The notes beneath the pieces were generated by a model. That model was given only the letters and a program-made list of their open reading frames with translations, did not search any database and was not told the DNA's origin. Positions 1-10,930 of a DNA stretch of 64,000 nt are shown here, in pieces. The translations under genes and the position numbers were made by a program. Source of the stretch: Obrimoposthia wandeli (taxonomy: Eukaryota); assembly GCA_977020255.1 (NCBI GenBank), contig CDROCS010000550.1, positions 186,001 to 250,000 of the forward strand. The letters are read 5' to 3'. Within the stretch, counting starts at the first letter, position 1, and every line of letters starts with the position of its first letter.

Positions 1-1467
1 CCCCTCATTTTTGCTCCTATAAATTACATCTACAAAAGAATTTTTAAATATTTCTTCATCTGTTACATTAACTGGGATATCAGTATTATATTTGAATACA
101 TTAATACTCAAGTTATTAAGATGTTCAAATCTTGATATCGCAGTTAATTTAACAGGAAAATCTATTCCATGATACTGCAATTCATTTAAAAAAGGGGTAT
201 ATTTACTGACACGCTCTCTATGCTCAGTAATTACATCCCTTTTGAGGATGGCCAACACGCTATACAGAAAGCAAAGGTTATCACTGTTTTGTACGTTAAC
301 AATGGAACGTGAAAGTTGAAGAGATCTAGGTGAAGGAATGTATGAACTCCCCGAAAGATATATCATGTCAGTGAACTTTGTTAGAACAAAGCTAACATCG
401 TGAATTCTAACTAGAGTCCATCCACTACTTAACTCGCTATAATTAGCAATTTTTTCATCCAGGTTTCTTCCAATTTCAGTTACAAAATTATCATAAAAAA
501 CAGTTGCTTTATGTGAAATTACCCAAGTTTTAGTTTCCTCATTGACATTTTTGAACTGCACTGTTGCGCAAAATTGAACCTTAGCCTGTCCTAATTTAGT
601 CACTTCTGATTTTAAAAGATTTTCAATATTTGAATCTACACCTACGTTTAATAAAATTTCATTTCTTAATGGCACCTTAACTATAACATATTTATTATAC
701 TCTATAGTAGCATCGTTTTCTCTACGTTTTTTGGGTGGGACCTTATTAAGAAATTGGCCTCGCCTCTTTCTTCCGTTTGTCGCTGACAAACCTCCCCCTA
801 ATTGAACGGGAAGACAACTATTTATATTAATAGTTGAGACAATCGCAGCTGAGGTTGAAGGTGCTGCTATTGGTGATGCTGCCGATGTTGAGACAATTGC
901 AGCTGATGTGGAAGCTGCTGCTATTATTGATGCTGCCGATGTTGAGGCAACTGTAGATGATGTTGAAGGGACCGCTGACCTTTCCGATGAAGAAGCGGCT
1001 GTTGTAGAGGTTAGTGCTGCTGAAATATATTAAAAAATAAATATATTTTTAAAAATTATTACCTCTAAGACGTGCTAACATCGATGTAGGCACTCGCGAT
1101 GGTGGAGGCATATCTGTTGTAGCAGATGACGATTGTAGAACGGTATTTCCTGAATAAATAATATAAATAAAATATATATATTAAAAATAAAATATATAAT
1201 TACAATTTACAAAAATAAAAAAATACCTAATGAAGGCAATCCAAGTTGAGCTGGAACGAAGTCCTCTTCATTGATGGAATCCATCCAGCTGTCGTCCGTT
1301 GACTCGATGAAATCGGATTCCTCGATGGTCTCCAACCATGAGTTATCGCTCCACTGAGGCTGCTCCATCTCGAAATCTGACTGGGTGATATTTCGCATCC
1401 AGTCATTGTTTGAGAATTGGGTTGCTGGTGCCAACTCCTCAAAATCTTCCTCGGAGATGTCGTTCAT
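1..1467 (-). CDS. Protein-primed DNA polymerase B of P2, 5' part, spliced: exons 1467-1227, 1149-1063, 1019-<1
   Basis: GT-AG introns 1226-1150 (77 bp) and 1062-1020 (43 bp) are both phase 1 and join in frame. Exon 3 is open to the window edge and encodes SSGWTLVRI...SGSSYIPSP...IVNVQNSDNLCFLYSVLAIL...FPVKL...INVF, matching SGHSYIKSP...INIQNSDNLCFIYAILSIL...MPMKI...INVF of the pPolB at 6230-9343. First ATG at 1467 is inferred; the ORF-track start at 1566 is TTG. Confidence 0.8.
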
Positions 1468-1770
1468 CCACACATTTCGCGAGCCTGTATTTATTACTCG
1501 TTGATCCACCGCGGGCCCGTAAGGCACGCTTTGGCCAATTTTTTGGCCTCTCAGGACCTTAATCAAAATTTTGGGAGCATTATGAGATTTTTAAATTTAC
1601 AGGGTGTTAAATGGAGTTAATTTTTTTTTCTTTTTTTGAGTGTTTATGATGGGGGGGGTGTAAAAATATTTTCTACACACCTACACGAAATTTCACTCCA
1701 CACACATGCACGGTTTTAAAGGACAGTAGGGGGAGGGGGGTGTGGATTAGACCGGACACATCCACCTACT
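1..1770 (-). mobile_element. Terminal part of a second Polinton/Maverick family (P2): TIR (~1480-1770) plus the 5' part of pPolB; continues out of the window
   Basis: Minus-strand terminus reads AGTAGGTGGATGTGTCCGGTCTAATC, resembling the AGTAGGT terminus of the complete Polinton. 1480-1770 recurs inverted at 62915-63187. The adjacent frame is homologous to the pPolB N-terminal region at 9343-8850. Confidence 0.85.
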
Positions 1771-3020
1771 TATAGGTGCTGTGTTGGAGCAACTAGATGA
1801 AGTGGGCAAACCAGTCCCCATATCCTTCTTCTCTCGACGACTAACCAAAACGGAAATGCAGTATTCAACATTCGGCCGAGAATTCATGGCTATAGTCTTA
1901 TCAGTTAAAAATTTTAAGCATTATTTAGAACCATCTCAATTTACTGTGCTAACAGATCATCACCCATTAACATAGATACTTAATATGAAAGATTTCACTT
2001 GTCGACAATGAAGGTGGATTGAGTACCTAAGCCAATTGAACATTATAATAAGATATATTTAAGGTTCCGAAAATGGGGAAGCTGATCTATTATCAAGAAT
2101 TAATGAAACTTTAATTGAAAGTCATACAATAGATTTAAATGATCTGAAGAAGTTACAAGAATAAGAAAATCTAAAAAATGAATTTGAGAATTTCTCTCTA
2201 CAAATACAGAGATCATCTGAAGGTATTCTAGTAGATGTGTCAAAATCAAAGCCAAGAATATTACTTCCTAATACGTTTCAGTGAGAAGAATTTTCCAGAT
2301 TACACAATGGATGTCACTCTGGCGTGAAACCTACAACAGAAATAATTTCTGAAAGGTTCGTATGGCCAGGAATGAAAAGCAATATACGAACCTGGTGTCG
2401 AGAGTGTATTCAGTGTCAATGTTCAAAGATTAACAGACATCGAAAGAATTCAACGATTTCTGCATCCGAATGGGAATAAAGCATAAACAAACAACTGCTT
2501 ATCATCCACAATGTAATAGGAAAGTTGAGTGTTGACATATAACATTTAAAAATGATTTAAAGACTACTGCAACTAATGCAAACAAAGAATGGATTAAAAT
2601 TCTTCCAGATGTCTTACTATTTCTAAGAAATTCCATATCGAGTATCAAAAATGCTAATCTAGTCCAGCTAGTCTACGGAACGAATACCAGATTACCTGGG
2701 GATATAATTTCAAAGTATCCATCAAAATCTCTTTCAACAGAATCACTTAAGAGACTGATAGACTACTTCGATAGCCAAGAAGAGAGAAGGCCAATTAGTA
2801 ACAAATCGTTTGTCTATAAAGATCGGACGACATGTCAATTTGTTTGTATTCGAGTTGAAGTTCCTAAAAGCTTGCAAAATCCTTATCATGGTCCTTACGA
2901 AGTAATGGAAAAAAAGCTCTCATCTGAAAACATTCAAGCTCAGAATTGAATCAGAAAACAGAAAAAAAATCGATCGATCGATTGAAGCCGGCTTATTTCA
3001 TGACTCTTATACTTAAATAA
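1771..3020 (+). pseudogene. Ty3/gypsy pol remnant (RNase H and integrase), interrupted by the P2 insertion
   Basis: IGAVLEQ...ISFFSRRLTKTEMQYSTFGREFMAIV...LTDHHPL (RNase H), then LHNGCHSG...RFVWPGM...WCRECIQCQ (integrase HHCC) and a GPY-like PYHGPYEV; several stops. Confidence 0.85.
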
Positions 3021-5137
3021 GGGAGTGGCATAGAATACAGTTAAGATTTAAATGTTTAAATATTAACAATTCTATTTCTCTTATTATTAATTAAAACTTT
3101 GTTTTAATGTTAAGGTTTTATGATAAAAATACATTTTGAATATTTCGGTATTTTTAGTCTTTTTAAATGCTTGACTCAGAACCAAACCACAAAATATACA
3201 AATATAAATGTAGGAAATTAACAATTTGTTATATTATTTTGTATCGACACGTCAATCTTAGCGATTCTTAGCTGTTGTAGTTATCTACGTAAATTGACTA
3301 ACACGTAAAATTCATAACTACTGGGCGATTGAACTTTGAAATATTTCCTTTATTAAAACGACAGACAATCGAACTGAACCTCTTAATTAAAAACTTAAAT
3401 CACTAATAACAAAAAATACGACTTTGTAAATTTCATCCAGCAACTTTTGAATTATCTCAACTCTCTAAGCTTGGAAAATGTTCACAAAGCATTAAAAATT
3501 ATTTCAAAACATATTTTAGTTGTTTTCCCTATATATTCAGCTGAATAAAAATACGCTCTCAACATTTGCTTTAGATCATATTTTAGAACAATTAAGACGC
3601 GGTTATAGAGAAAATTTAATAATTACCACAATGGTAGCAAATATCGATAGTTATTTTACCATCAATTTTCATTATCATGTTGTCATATAATAACATATTT
3701 AAGAATTCTCAAAGTAGACTATTTTGATTTTCGTCTTTGTAGTATTTTCTGGAGACGTATGTACTTTAAAAATGGCGTACTGATGGCATTTACATCAAAA
3801 TGTGGGACTCAAAATAATAGTCATAATATATTTGAAAATTATAACGAATGAGAAAATTATAACATAATAATCTCCGTGAATAAATTTATATTACTCTCCG
3901 TTAAAAATTATTTTAGTTAATTATTTTACACGGTTTTCGTAAAGCTGTTTAAAATGAACAAAATTGTTTCACAAAATAAACAAACATCTTTAATTTATTA
4001 CTGTAGCTTGTACTCAGTGGTAAATATAAATAAAACAGATACAGGTTGAATGGTTATCAAAACAACATTAAATTGACCACAGTGGCTCATTTATATGCTA
4101 TATCTGTGTTGATGAGGACGTTTGATGGAAATACGGGATTAGAAATCACTTTAGTAGATTTAATGAATCTCAATTATTCTAATGCGAGGCCAGAGGCGAA
4201 TAAGAACCACTTAGAATTGAGGATGATTATAATTTTTCTGTTTTTTACTGTCCATATATGTTTCTCTCATGTCTACAATTTTTGGTTCAGTCGATGTTCA
4301 ACTCGATTCATAATAGTCTCAAAATCACTGATAGATCTTCCATCAACCTGCCCCTTATCACTCTACTTTGATGTGAAAAAATGCTCATAATTGTGCTGAG
4401 GGAAATTGATTGTGTGTAATGGCAGACAACATTTCAAAATTATATCTGAGATGGTTAAAATAAAATATAATTATATTTAAGTACTATATTAAATTATTAT
4501 ACTTATTTATATGATTATAGTATATTTGCAAGAGTGCTTGAATGAATGTACTCAATAACTGAATTTTACATGATATCCTCAGGACGAAAGAAGAAACATA
4601 ACCTATATGTTGTGTGTGTAGCTGTTTAAATATAAATTTGAAATATGAATGTATTGACTCGAAACGAAACTAACAATATCAAAATTTAATTTATTATGAT
4701 AAATTGTTATTTCGATCAATCCACTTTAATATAACTACCATATATTTAATATAACATTTAGTTTCCGTATGGTAATGATATGATTAGGTGTACAAAATAA
4801 TTTTTATAATACATTTTCTGTTTAAATATTTTCTATTTTCATGTTATTTCTGAATAAAGTGACCATTCGTCAAGCATTTCGCTGGATTTCCTGGCATTCG
4901 CATAGTTCTCCCATCATAAATATTTGTACAGCATTTTTGAAGATTGATTACTTTATTTTGTAATAAATTTGTTAAATTTCTATTGGGTTAAAAGTTGGAC
5001 AAGATGTATGCATTAAAAAGTCATTAGGAAAGTCAATCTCAGAAACTGTTCATTTTATGAACCATGTGCCAGTAGGGTTTGCTCTAAAAAATTTAAAATG
5101 AATCTGCCATTCACGCACAATTTTTGCCTATATTAGA

Positions 5138-6165
5138 AGTAGGTAGAAGGATGGAGTCTAGATCACTTGACCCCCCCTGTGTGCGCACACCAAGTTAAAG
5201 GGTGTCACACCATAAGGGTGTCACACCATAAGGGTGTCACACAATAGAAATGTCACACCATAGAAATGTCACACCATAAGGGTATATGTTGCCTCACCAT
5301 AGGGGTGTCTTGCCACACCATAAGGGTCTGGCTCAGAAAGGTTATGAAGGTTTGAAGGTATGGTCGTGACGGTCTATGGTCGGCCAACATACCCAAGCGG
5401 TTGTGGTCGTCCATAAATCAAAGGGTCGGACTCAGTTTTGACTTGAAACTTTGAAGGTATAATTAAGGTCAACTATGGTTGGCCATCACATCTAAAGGGT
5501 TGTGGTCGTCCATAGGTGAAAGGGTCGGGCTAAAAAACAAAGTCAAGTTTAAAATATCAAGGTTTTAGTACATGGTTGGAATCATCTTTAGAAGGTGAAT
5601 TCAGTCATAAAGTATGGTCGGTCATATATGAAGGGGTCGGGATATAGACCAAATCAAGTTTTAAATGTCAAAGTTTGAATACATGGTTGTAATCATCTTT
5701 AGAAGACGAATTCATCCATATAGGTATGGTCGTCCATAGATGAAGGGTTAAAAAAAGTTGGAATTTCATAGTTTCAAGTACATGGTTGTATTCGTCAACA
5801 TATTACGAGTTTATTCATGTAAAATTTTTATGGTCGTTCACAAATGTTAAGGGTTAGATTTGGCATAAATTAAGAAATTATATAGTATTCAATCAATTAT
5901 TCTATGTGAAAGTTCATTCTTAAAAGTTAAGGAATGTATTACATAATCACACACACACTATTCTATGTGAAAATTTAGTCTAAAGTTCACTCTTATCAGT
6001 TAAGGAATGTGGTTTTTAACACACACACTATTCTATATGAAAATTTAAGCTAAAGTTCACTTTTATCAGTTAAGGAATATATTACAAAATAACACATACT
6101 ATTCTATGTGAAAATTCAGATCAAAGTTTTTTCCAGGCTTATGCATCTAAAGAATTATGTTAAAA
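5138..6165. repeat. Left terminal inverted repeat of P1 (~1.03 kb)
   Basis: Reverse complement of ~15705-17073. Contains short CACACCATAAGGGTGT-type repeats and about two 99-bp units. Inner boundary approximate. Confidence 0.9.
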
Positions 6166-6229
6166 TTTATATTAAATCAAAAATAAATAAGAAAGAAGTT
6201 AGAGAATAATACAAAATTAAACACATTTA

Positions 6230-9200
6230 TTATGTAATTTCATAATGTCCATAAGCGCGGCTTCTATTTTTCTCGATCCAATAGCGTTTGTCATCTGATG
6301 AGCTGAGAGTAGTCTTTTGTGTTATGATTGTGTATAGTTGATGATTTATTGTTCCAAACTTCTTTTGTGGTATAGTATATGCATTACCGTTTTCATACAC
6401 GTCTAAATATGTTTGATGTACAACCGTTGATCCCTTAAGATTTACTCCTTTTGCTTTATTATTTTCAAAGTCATCTTCAAACTTAAGTGAATAACATTTA
6501 CAAAGTAAGAAAATCCATTCTTTATACATTCTTCCTTCCGATTCATCTTTAAATAAACCTATTTTACTATTAAATTTATTAGAATATAATGGATCATTCA
6601 CATTATAATTTGACGTATCTAATAATCCATCTGCAATCATTTTTGGTAACAACTGTTTTCTTAAATTAACGTTTTTACATTCCAAAAAGAATGAGTCGGT
6701 ATCACCGGCAACTATATTAATTGAACAATTGAATAAATTACGATATATTTGCAAATCATGATACTGAAGAGTATACATTCGTAATTTGCTAAGGTCTAGT
6801 ACAGCTTGGCCTATATAATTTGGTCGATCGAGACAAATAAAGTCTTTTCTTAATAAAACAGCTATTAAATTATCATGAATTTCAATTGTTCGTTGAAACA
6901 TAGGTTTGCTAGTATATGTAATTAATTTTGTAGAACTAGTGCAGATGCGAAGATTCAACCGTTTCTTAACATTTTCAACGGTCTTTCCATACAAACTAAC
7001 ATTTTTAAGTTTATAAAAATCTTTGTCACATTTATTCGTTGCTTGTGATCTCATTTCTGAATTATATTCTATATATTCTGCGAATATCTTAGCCTGAGAG
7101 AATTTTACTGCTCGATGAATAATTGTTACCACTGCTCCTAAACTAACATACATCTGCAATAGTCTCCAATGAATAACATAATGACTTTTTGGCGAATGCG
7201 TCATTAAAAGTTTTTCAACTTTTTTACCAGGTGGACATTTCTTTTCTGGAGCTATAGGAAGATCATCTAAAAAGTCATGAAGGTTTTCTGGTATTACCAA
7301 GTCTACTTCCATAACATAACCATATTCAATATGTTCCATGTTCACATTTTTCATTTCATGCAATATTTCGTTTAATTTTATATCATCAAGAATCCATTCA
7401 AAATCTCCTTTTGGTAAAGGTTGATCAAGAGCCCATCCATGTAAATTATTAACATCTATATATAAAAGACGTGTTTCTTCATCAGCGACTACATGATGCT
7501 TATTGACAAATGTCATTCCTCCTCGTATACCCGAAGAAATCATGTTGTACATTTCAGGATCCTGTATCAGTTCAACCTTATGTTTTAACATTTTTAGAGC
7601 ACTTGCCCAACTCAACCCAGGAATGCTAAAAATGTTAAGTGGTTCTAAACCATCTTCACTAAGAGCTTTTCTTCTGAATGTTTGAAACACGTCAGCTAAT
7701 AAATATACGTCAGTCTTTAAGTAAACTAACATATAATCCAACATATTTCTACAATTGGTTATTTTCCAAACATCTTGTGCTTTTTGATATTCAGTGTCTG
7801 TGATTTTATCATTCCATTTTACTGGTAAACTTAACTTATTCTGGAGGACATTTAATGATGTAGCAAAATCATATGGGAATATTCCTTTGCCATCAATAAG
7901 TTTAGATGGAAAAACTGATCTTGTTAATGGAATAGTTGGTAATTTACCGGCTAAATTTTCCAAAGATGATTGCAAAAATTGCAAAGAATCTATAAATCTC
8001 AGAGTTATTTTACCTAATCTTACAATCATGGCTTGAAACTTTTCCGTTGATTGTGGTATAATATTTATATCCCAGTCAGTAAATTTATTCAATGCATGTT
8101 TTAAAATATGATGTAAATCATAACCTCTGAGATTATGAAACACAATAGGTAAAGTTGGACGAAGTTTTCTTGATAAATTACATTCATTGCATGCAGGACC
8201 TAGATACTTGCCAGTAAAGTGATCATGATCTTTAACATATTTTTCAGATGATTCGTGACATAAATAACATTCATCGGCATTGCTAAATGTATGAATCTCT
8301 GCATTTGTTAAGGGAATCATTACTTTTTTAAGAGCATCTAAATACCATGGCAAAACCTTTTCTTTAGCCAAGTTCTCTATTGACTGAAGAAATTTAACTA
8401 TGCAGTCATCACCAACATTAAGTTGATACTGGGTTTCAATTTCATCTGTACTCATAAATAACATACCAGATGCGACAGGCATATGCTTTTGATGATAACT
8501 CTCATCTGGTACTAATACAGATTCAAAATCAGCGTAAACGACATATTTCGGTGATATAGTTTTTGACCAATCGTTGAATTTAACGTACTTATTCTTAGGC
8601 ATAGTATACATTGTAGTGCTTTCTTGATTATAGTCACATAAAACTTTATGCTTTTCTAATGACAAATCGGTTTTGAAACCATGTAAACACTTTTCACACC
8701 ATTTTCTGCTAATTCTAGTCGTTCCAGTTCGAATATTTAATAGCCGGTTAAGACAACTTATTCCTATATAATGAAACCGTTCCTTGGATTTGAGTAACAA
8801 TAAATTAACTATAGTTCCTTCCTTCATTTTTGATTTGTATGCAACATCGATATAAGGATTCTTGATAACATCAGTTTTTGATTCTTTTTCACTTACCTCG
8901 TTGAATATGAATACATTTATTATTATACCAGGATTTTGCCTTTCAAATTTTGATATATTTGATATTTTCATTGGCATGTCTTCAGTATTATATACAAAAT
9001 CATTTAAAAATCTTTCATAGTTACTTGGTCTATTTCTATTTATTTCTATTTCATTATATTTAAGTATTGATAATATTGCATAAATAAAGCAAAGATTATC
9101 AGAGTTTTGAATATTTATGACTGCTTTAGATTTTGTAAGAGAATTTGGTGATTTAATATATGAATGACCTGACAATGCACAAATTTGACTATATTTAGTA

Positions 9201-9343
9201 GCAATAAATGCATATTCAAGTATATTCATCAATTTCCCACCACTACCTTTTTCTGAATATTCTTCAACTTTATTTTCCATTGTATCTTCCATTTCTGAAT
9301 TATAGCATGTGAAAAAATCATTGCTCGATGCAAAGCATACCAT
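6230..9343 (-). CDS. Protein-primed family B DNA polymerase (pPolB), Polinton type
   Basis: Exo motifs VVYADFES, IVFHNLRGYDLH and DVYLLAD; embedded CYLC...DHDHFTG...CNECNL Zn-finger/endonuclease-VII-like segment; pol motifs LYIDVNNLHGW, KLKNVSLYGK, AGDTDS, KAKG. The true start is probably upstream (frameshift near 9312-9317). Confidence 0.95.
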   Translation of the reverse strand: MVCFASSNDFFTCYNSEMEDTMENKVEEYSEKGSGGKLMNILEYAFIATKYSQICALSGHSYIKSPNSLTKSKAVINIQNSDNLCFIYAILSILKYNEIEINRNRPSNYERFLNDFVYNTEDMPMKISNISKFERQNPGIIINVFIFNEVSEKESKTDVIKNPYIDVAYKSKMKEGTIVNLLLLKSKERFHYIGISCLNRLLNIRTGTTRISRKWCEKCLHGFKTDLSLEKHKVLCDYNQESTTMYTMPKNKYVKFNDWSKTISPKYVVYADFESVLVPDESYHQKHMPVASGMLFMSTDEIETQYQLNVGDDCIVKFLQSIENLAKEKVLPWYLDALKKVMIPLTNAEIHTFSNADECYLCHESSEKYVKDHDHFTGKYLGPACNECNLSRKLRPTLPIVFHNLRGYDLHHILKHALNKFTDWDINIIPQSTEKFQAMIVRLGKITLRFIDSLQFLQSSLENLAGKLPTIPLTRSVFPSKLIDGKGIFPYDFATSLNVLQNKLSLPVKWNDKITDTEYQKAQDVWKITNCRNMLDYMLVYLKTDVYLLADVFQTFRRKALSEDGLEPLNIFSIPGLSWASALKMLKHKVELIQDPEMYNMISSGIRGGMTFVNKHHVVADEETRLLYIDVNNLHGWALDQPLPKGDFEWILDDIKLNEILHEMKNVNMEHIEYGYVMEVDLVIPENLHDFLDDLPIAPEKKCPPGKKVEKLLMTHSPKSHYVIHWRLLQMYVSLGAVVTIIHRAVKFSQAKIFAEYIEYNSEMRSQATNKCDKDFYKLKNVSLYGKTVENVKKRLNLRICTSSTKLITYTSKPMFQRTIEIHDNLIAVLLRKDFICLDRPNYIGQAVLDLSKLRMYTLQYHDLQIYRNLFNCSINIVAGDTDSFFLECKNVNLRKQLLPKMIADGLLDTSNYNVNDPLYSNKFNSKIGLFKDESEGRMYKEWIFLLCKCYSLKFEDDFENNKAKGVNLKGSTVVHQTYLDVYENGNAYTIPQKKFGTINHQLYTIITQKTTLSSSDDKRYWIEKNRSRAYGHYEIT

Positions 9344-9922
9344 TCTTTAGTTTCTCCATCATTCTTTTCAAACCTCATTCTAATGATGTATTGTATCTTT
9401 GCATTTCCCATTAATTGCACTATTCTTTCTAGTTCGTTTAATAATGAAACTGGAACCTTAAGACTTACAAGATTGAGATGATCTACTTTCATGGATATCA
9501 TTGAATAACTATTTTCTAACGATGTTTTAGTCTGTATATTGTCATTTATTTTACGTTTTCGTGACGGAGTAGGAGCTGAAATTACTATGTTTGATGGTTC
9601 ATTGATTATATCAGTTCTTTTGCTTAAAGCCGGTACTTTAAATAATGTTTTCTTACTACCACTTTTTATATTCTTTTAAATGACTAACATGTCGACTATA
9701 AAATAAGTTGTAATCAACATTTTCAGTGCTTAAACATTGTGGACATATGAAATAATTTATCCTTTTGTATGAATAACCATAATAATTTTTCATGATATCA
9801 TGACAGACTTGAGGATTAAAATGTGTTTCCGATGAACAATAATTTGAATAAGTTTTACATATACTCATCTGATGATATGATTGGTATTGAGACATTGATT
9901 GATTTGATTGGACTTGAGACAT
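9229..9922 (-). pseudogene. Frameshifted N-terminal extension of P1 pPolB (ORFs 9656-9922 and 9229-9660)
   Basis: GNAKIQYIIRMRFEKNDGETKEWYALHRAMIF aligns with GQAKVQFCATVQFKNVNEETKTWVISHKATVF of P2 pPolB. Single-base indels in homopolymers at 9312-9317 and 9663-9667 would restore one ~1230-codon ORF. Confidence 0.65.
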
Positions 9923-9983
9923 TTTGTTCTAAAATAAAAATAAATATATATATAAATACAATAATTTAATTATTTTACTTACA

Positions 9984-10538
9984 ATGTTAACAAATATTAA
10001 TTATAAAGGAATTTGCTTAGATGATGTATCCAAATTAAAATTTCGAACACGACCAGAACAATACGTTTATAAAGCCAAAGATTATACAATACTTATTTTT
10101 AGAAATAAGAAATGCAGGATTATGGGATGTAAGGTACCTATTAAAAATATTTCTTACACTTTAAGAATAAATATACTTGGTATTCAATAAATTATGGTAT
10201 GTGAAAATTTAGATCAAAGTATCAATCTATTTAAATTATGGAATGTGTTACGTAATACATGTTCATTTGACCCTGAGGTTTTCCCAGGCTTAAGATTAAA
10301 TATTTTCAATCCATTGTGTGTAAATATTTTCACATCTGGAAAGGTCGTAATTTTAGGTCTTAGAAATTTAGATTTTCAAAATCAAGTTAACGATATCATG
10401 ACATACATTAAAAAAAATTATATAAATACGAAACAATTTCTAATTAAATCATTCAATTTTAAATTTCTTATAAAGCCGTTCAAAAGTATTACGAGTATGA
10501 TATGTTCTTCTTGGCATCTGCATGGATTCATCCAATGA
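9984..10538 (+). pseudogene. TATA-binding-protein (TBP)-like protein, two-repeat core, one in-frame TAA at 10188-10190
   Basis: The two listed ORFs share one frame. TILIFRNKKCRIMGCK matches TBP TALIFxSGKMVxTGAK; IQ*IMVCENLDQSINLFKL matches [30 protein letters not shown]...VNIFTSGKVVILG matches SYEPELFPGL...LLIFVSGKxVLTG. Confidence 0.85.
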
Positions 10539-10852
10539 CTATGCCAGTGACATTATCGAAAACTTCGTACAATTACCGAGTCTCTGATTTTGACGACAAA
10601 GACATTCAACAATTCAATGATGTCGTCAAATATTTGAAAATTGACATTGAACTTGAGAATGAGGGTATATTTATGCGCGGAGATAAGTGCAAATTTTATG
10701 ATTGTTCCGGAACAAAGATTTCAGATATTCAAGAAGATGGAAGAAGTTGGATGCTCGAAATAAAAATTCTCGGATATAAAATAAATAAAAAGAATGAAAC
10801 AACTCTCATCTGGAGGATTCATACAGCGACCGAATATTTTGATGTTAAATAA
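10502..10852 (+). CDS. Polinton accessory ORF of unknown function (116 aa)
   Basis: Open frame between the TBP-like and ATPase genes, same strand; no motif recognised. Confidence 0.5.
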   Translation: MFFLASAWIHPMTMPVTLSKTSYNYRVSDFDDKDIQQFNDVVKYLKIDIELENEGIFMRGDKCKFYDCSGTKISDIQEDGRSWMLEIKILGYKINKKNETTLIWRIHTATEYFDVK

Positions 10853-10930
10853 ATATTTAATAAAATGTTGTTATTGTTATAAACATGTACTTATTCTGAT
10901 ATATTTATTTTATATTAATATTTATATATA

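Noticed and set aside
1207-1566. Stand-alone 119-aa acidic ORF
   Set aside because: It starts at TTG within the TIR and runs into an intron; better explained as exon 1 of the spliced pPolB.
4860-5120. IS630/Tc1-like CPTFNPIE fragment (-), and similar fragments near 49550-49850
   Set aside because: Single degenerate motifs; too weak to annotate.
6295-6302. CTGATGAG hammerhead core
   Set aside because: No stem II/GAAA follows; it lies antisense within pPolB coding sequence.
7503-8036. Plus-strand ORFs within pPolB (also 12539 and 12891 against the integrase)
   Set aside because: Antisense shadows with no motifs.
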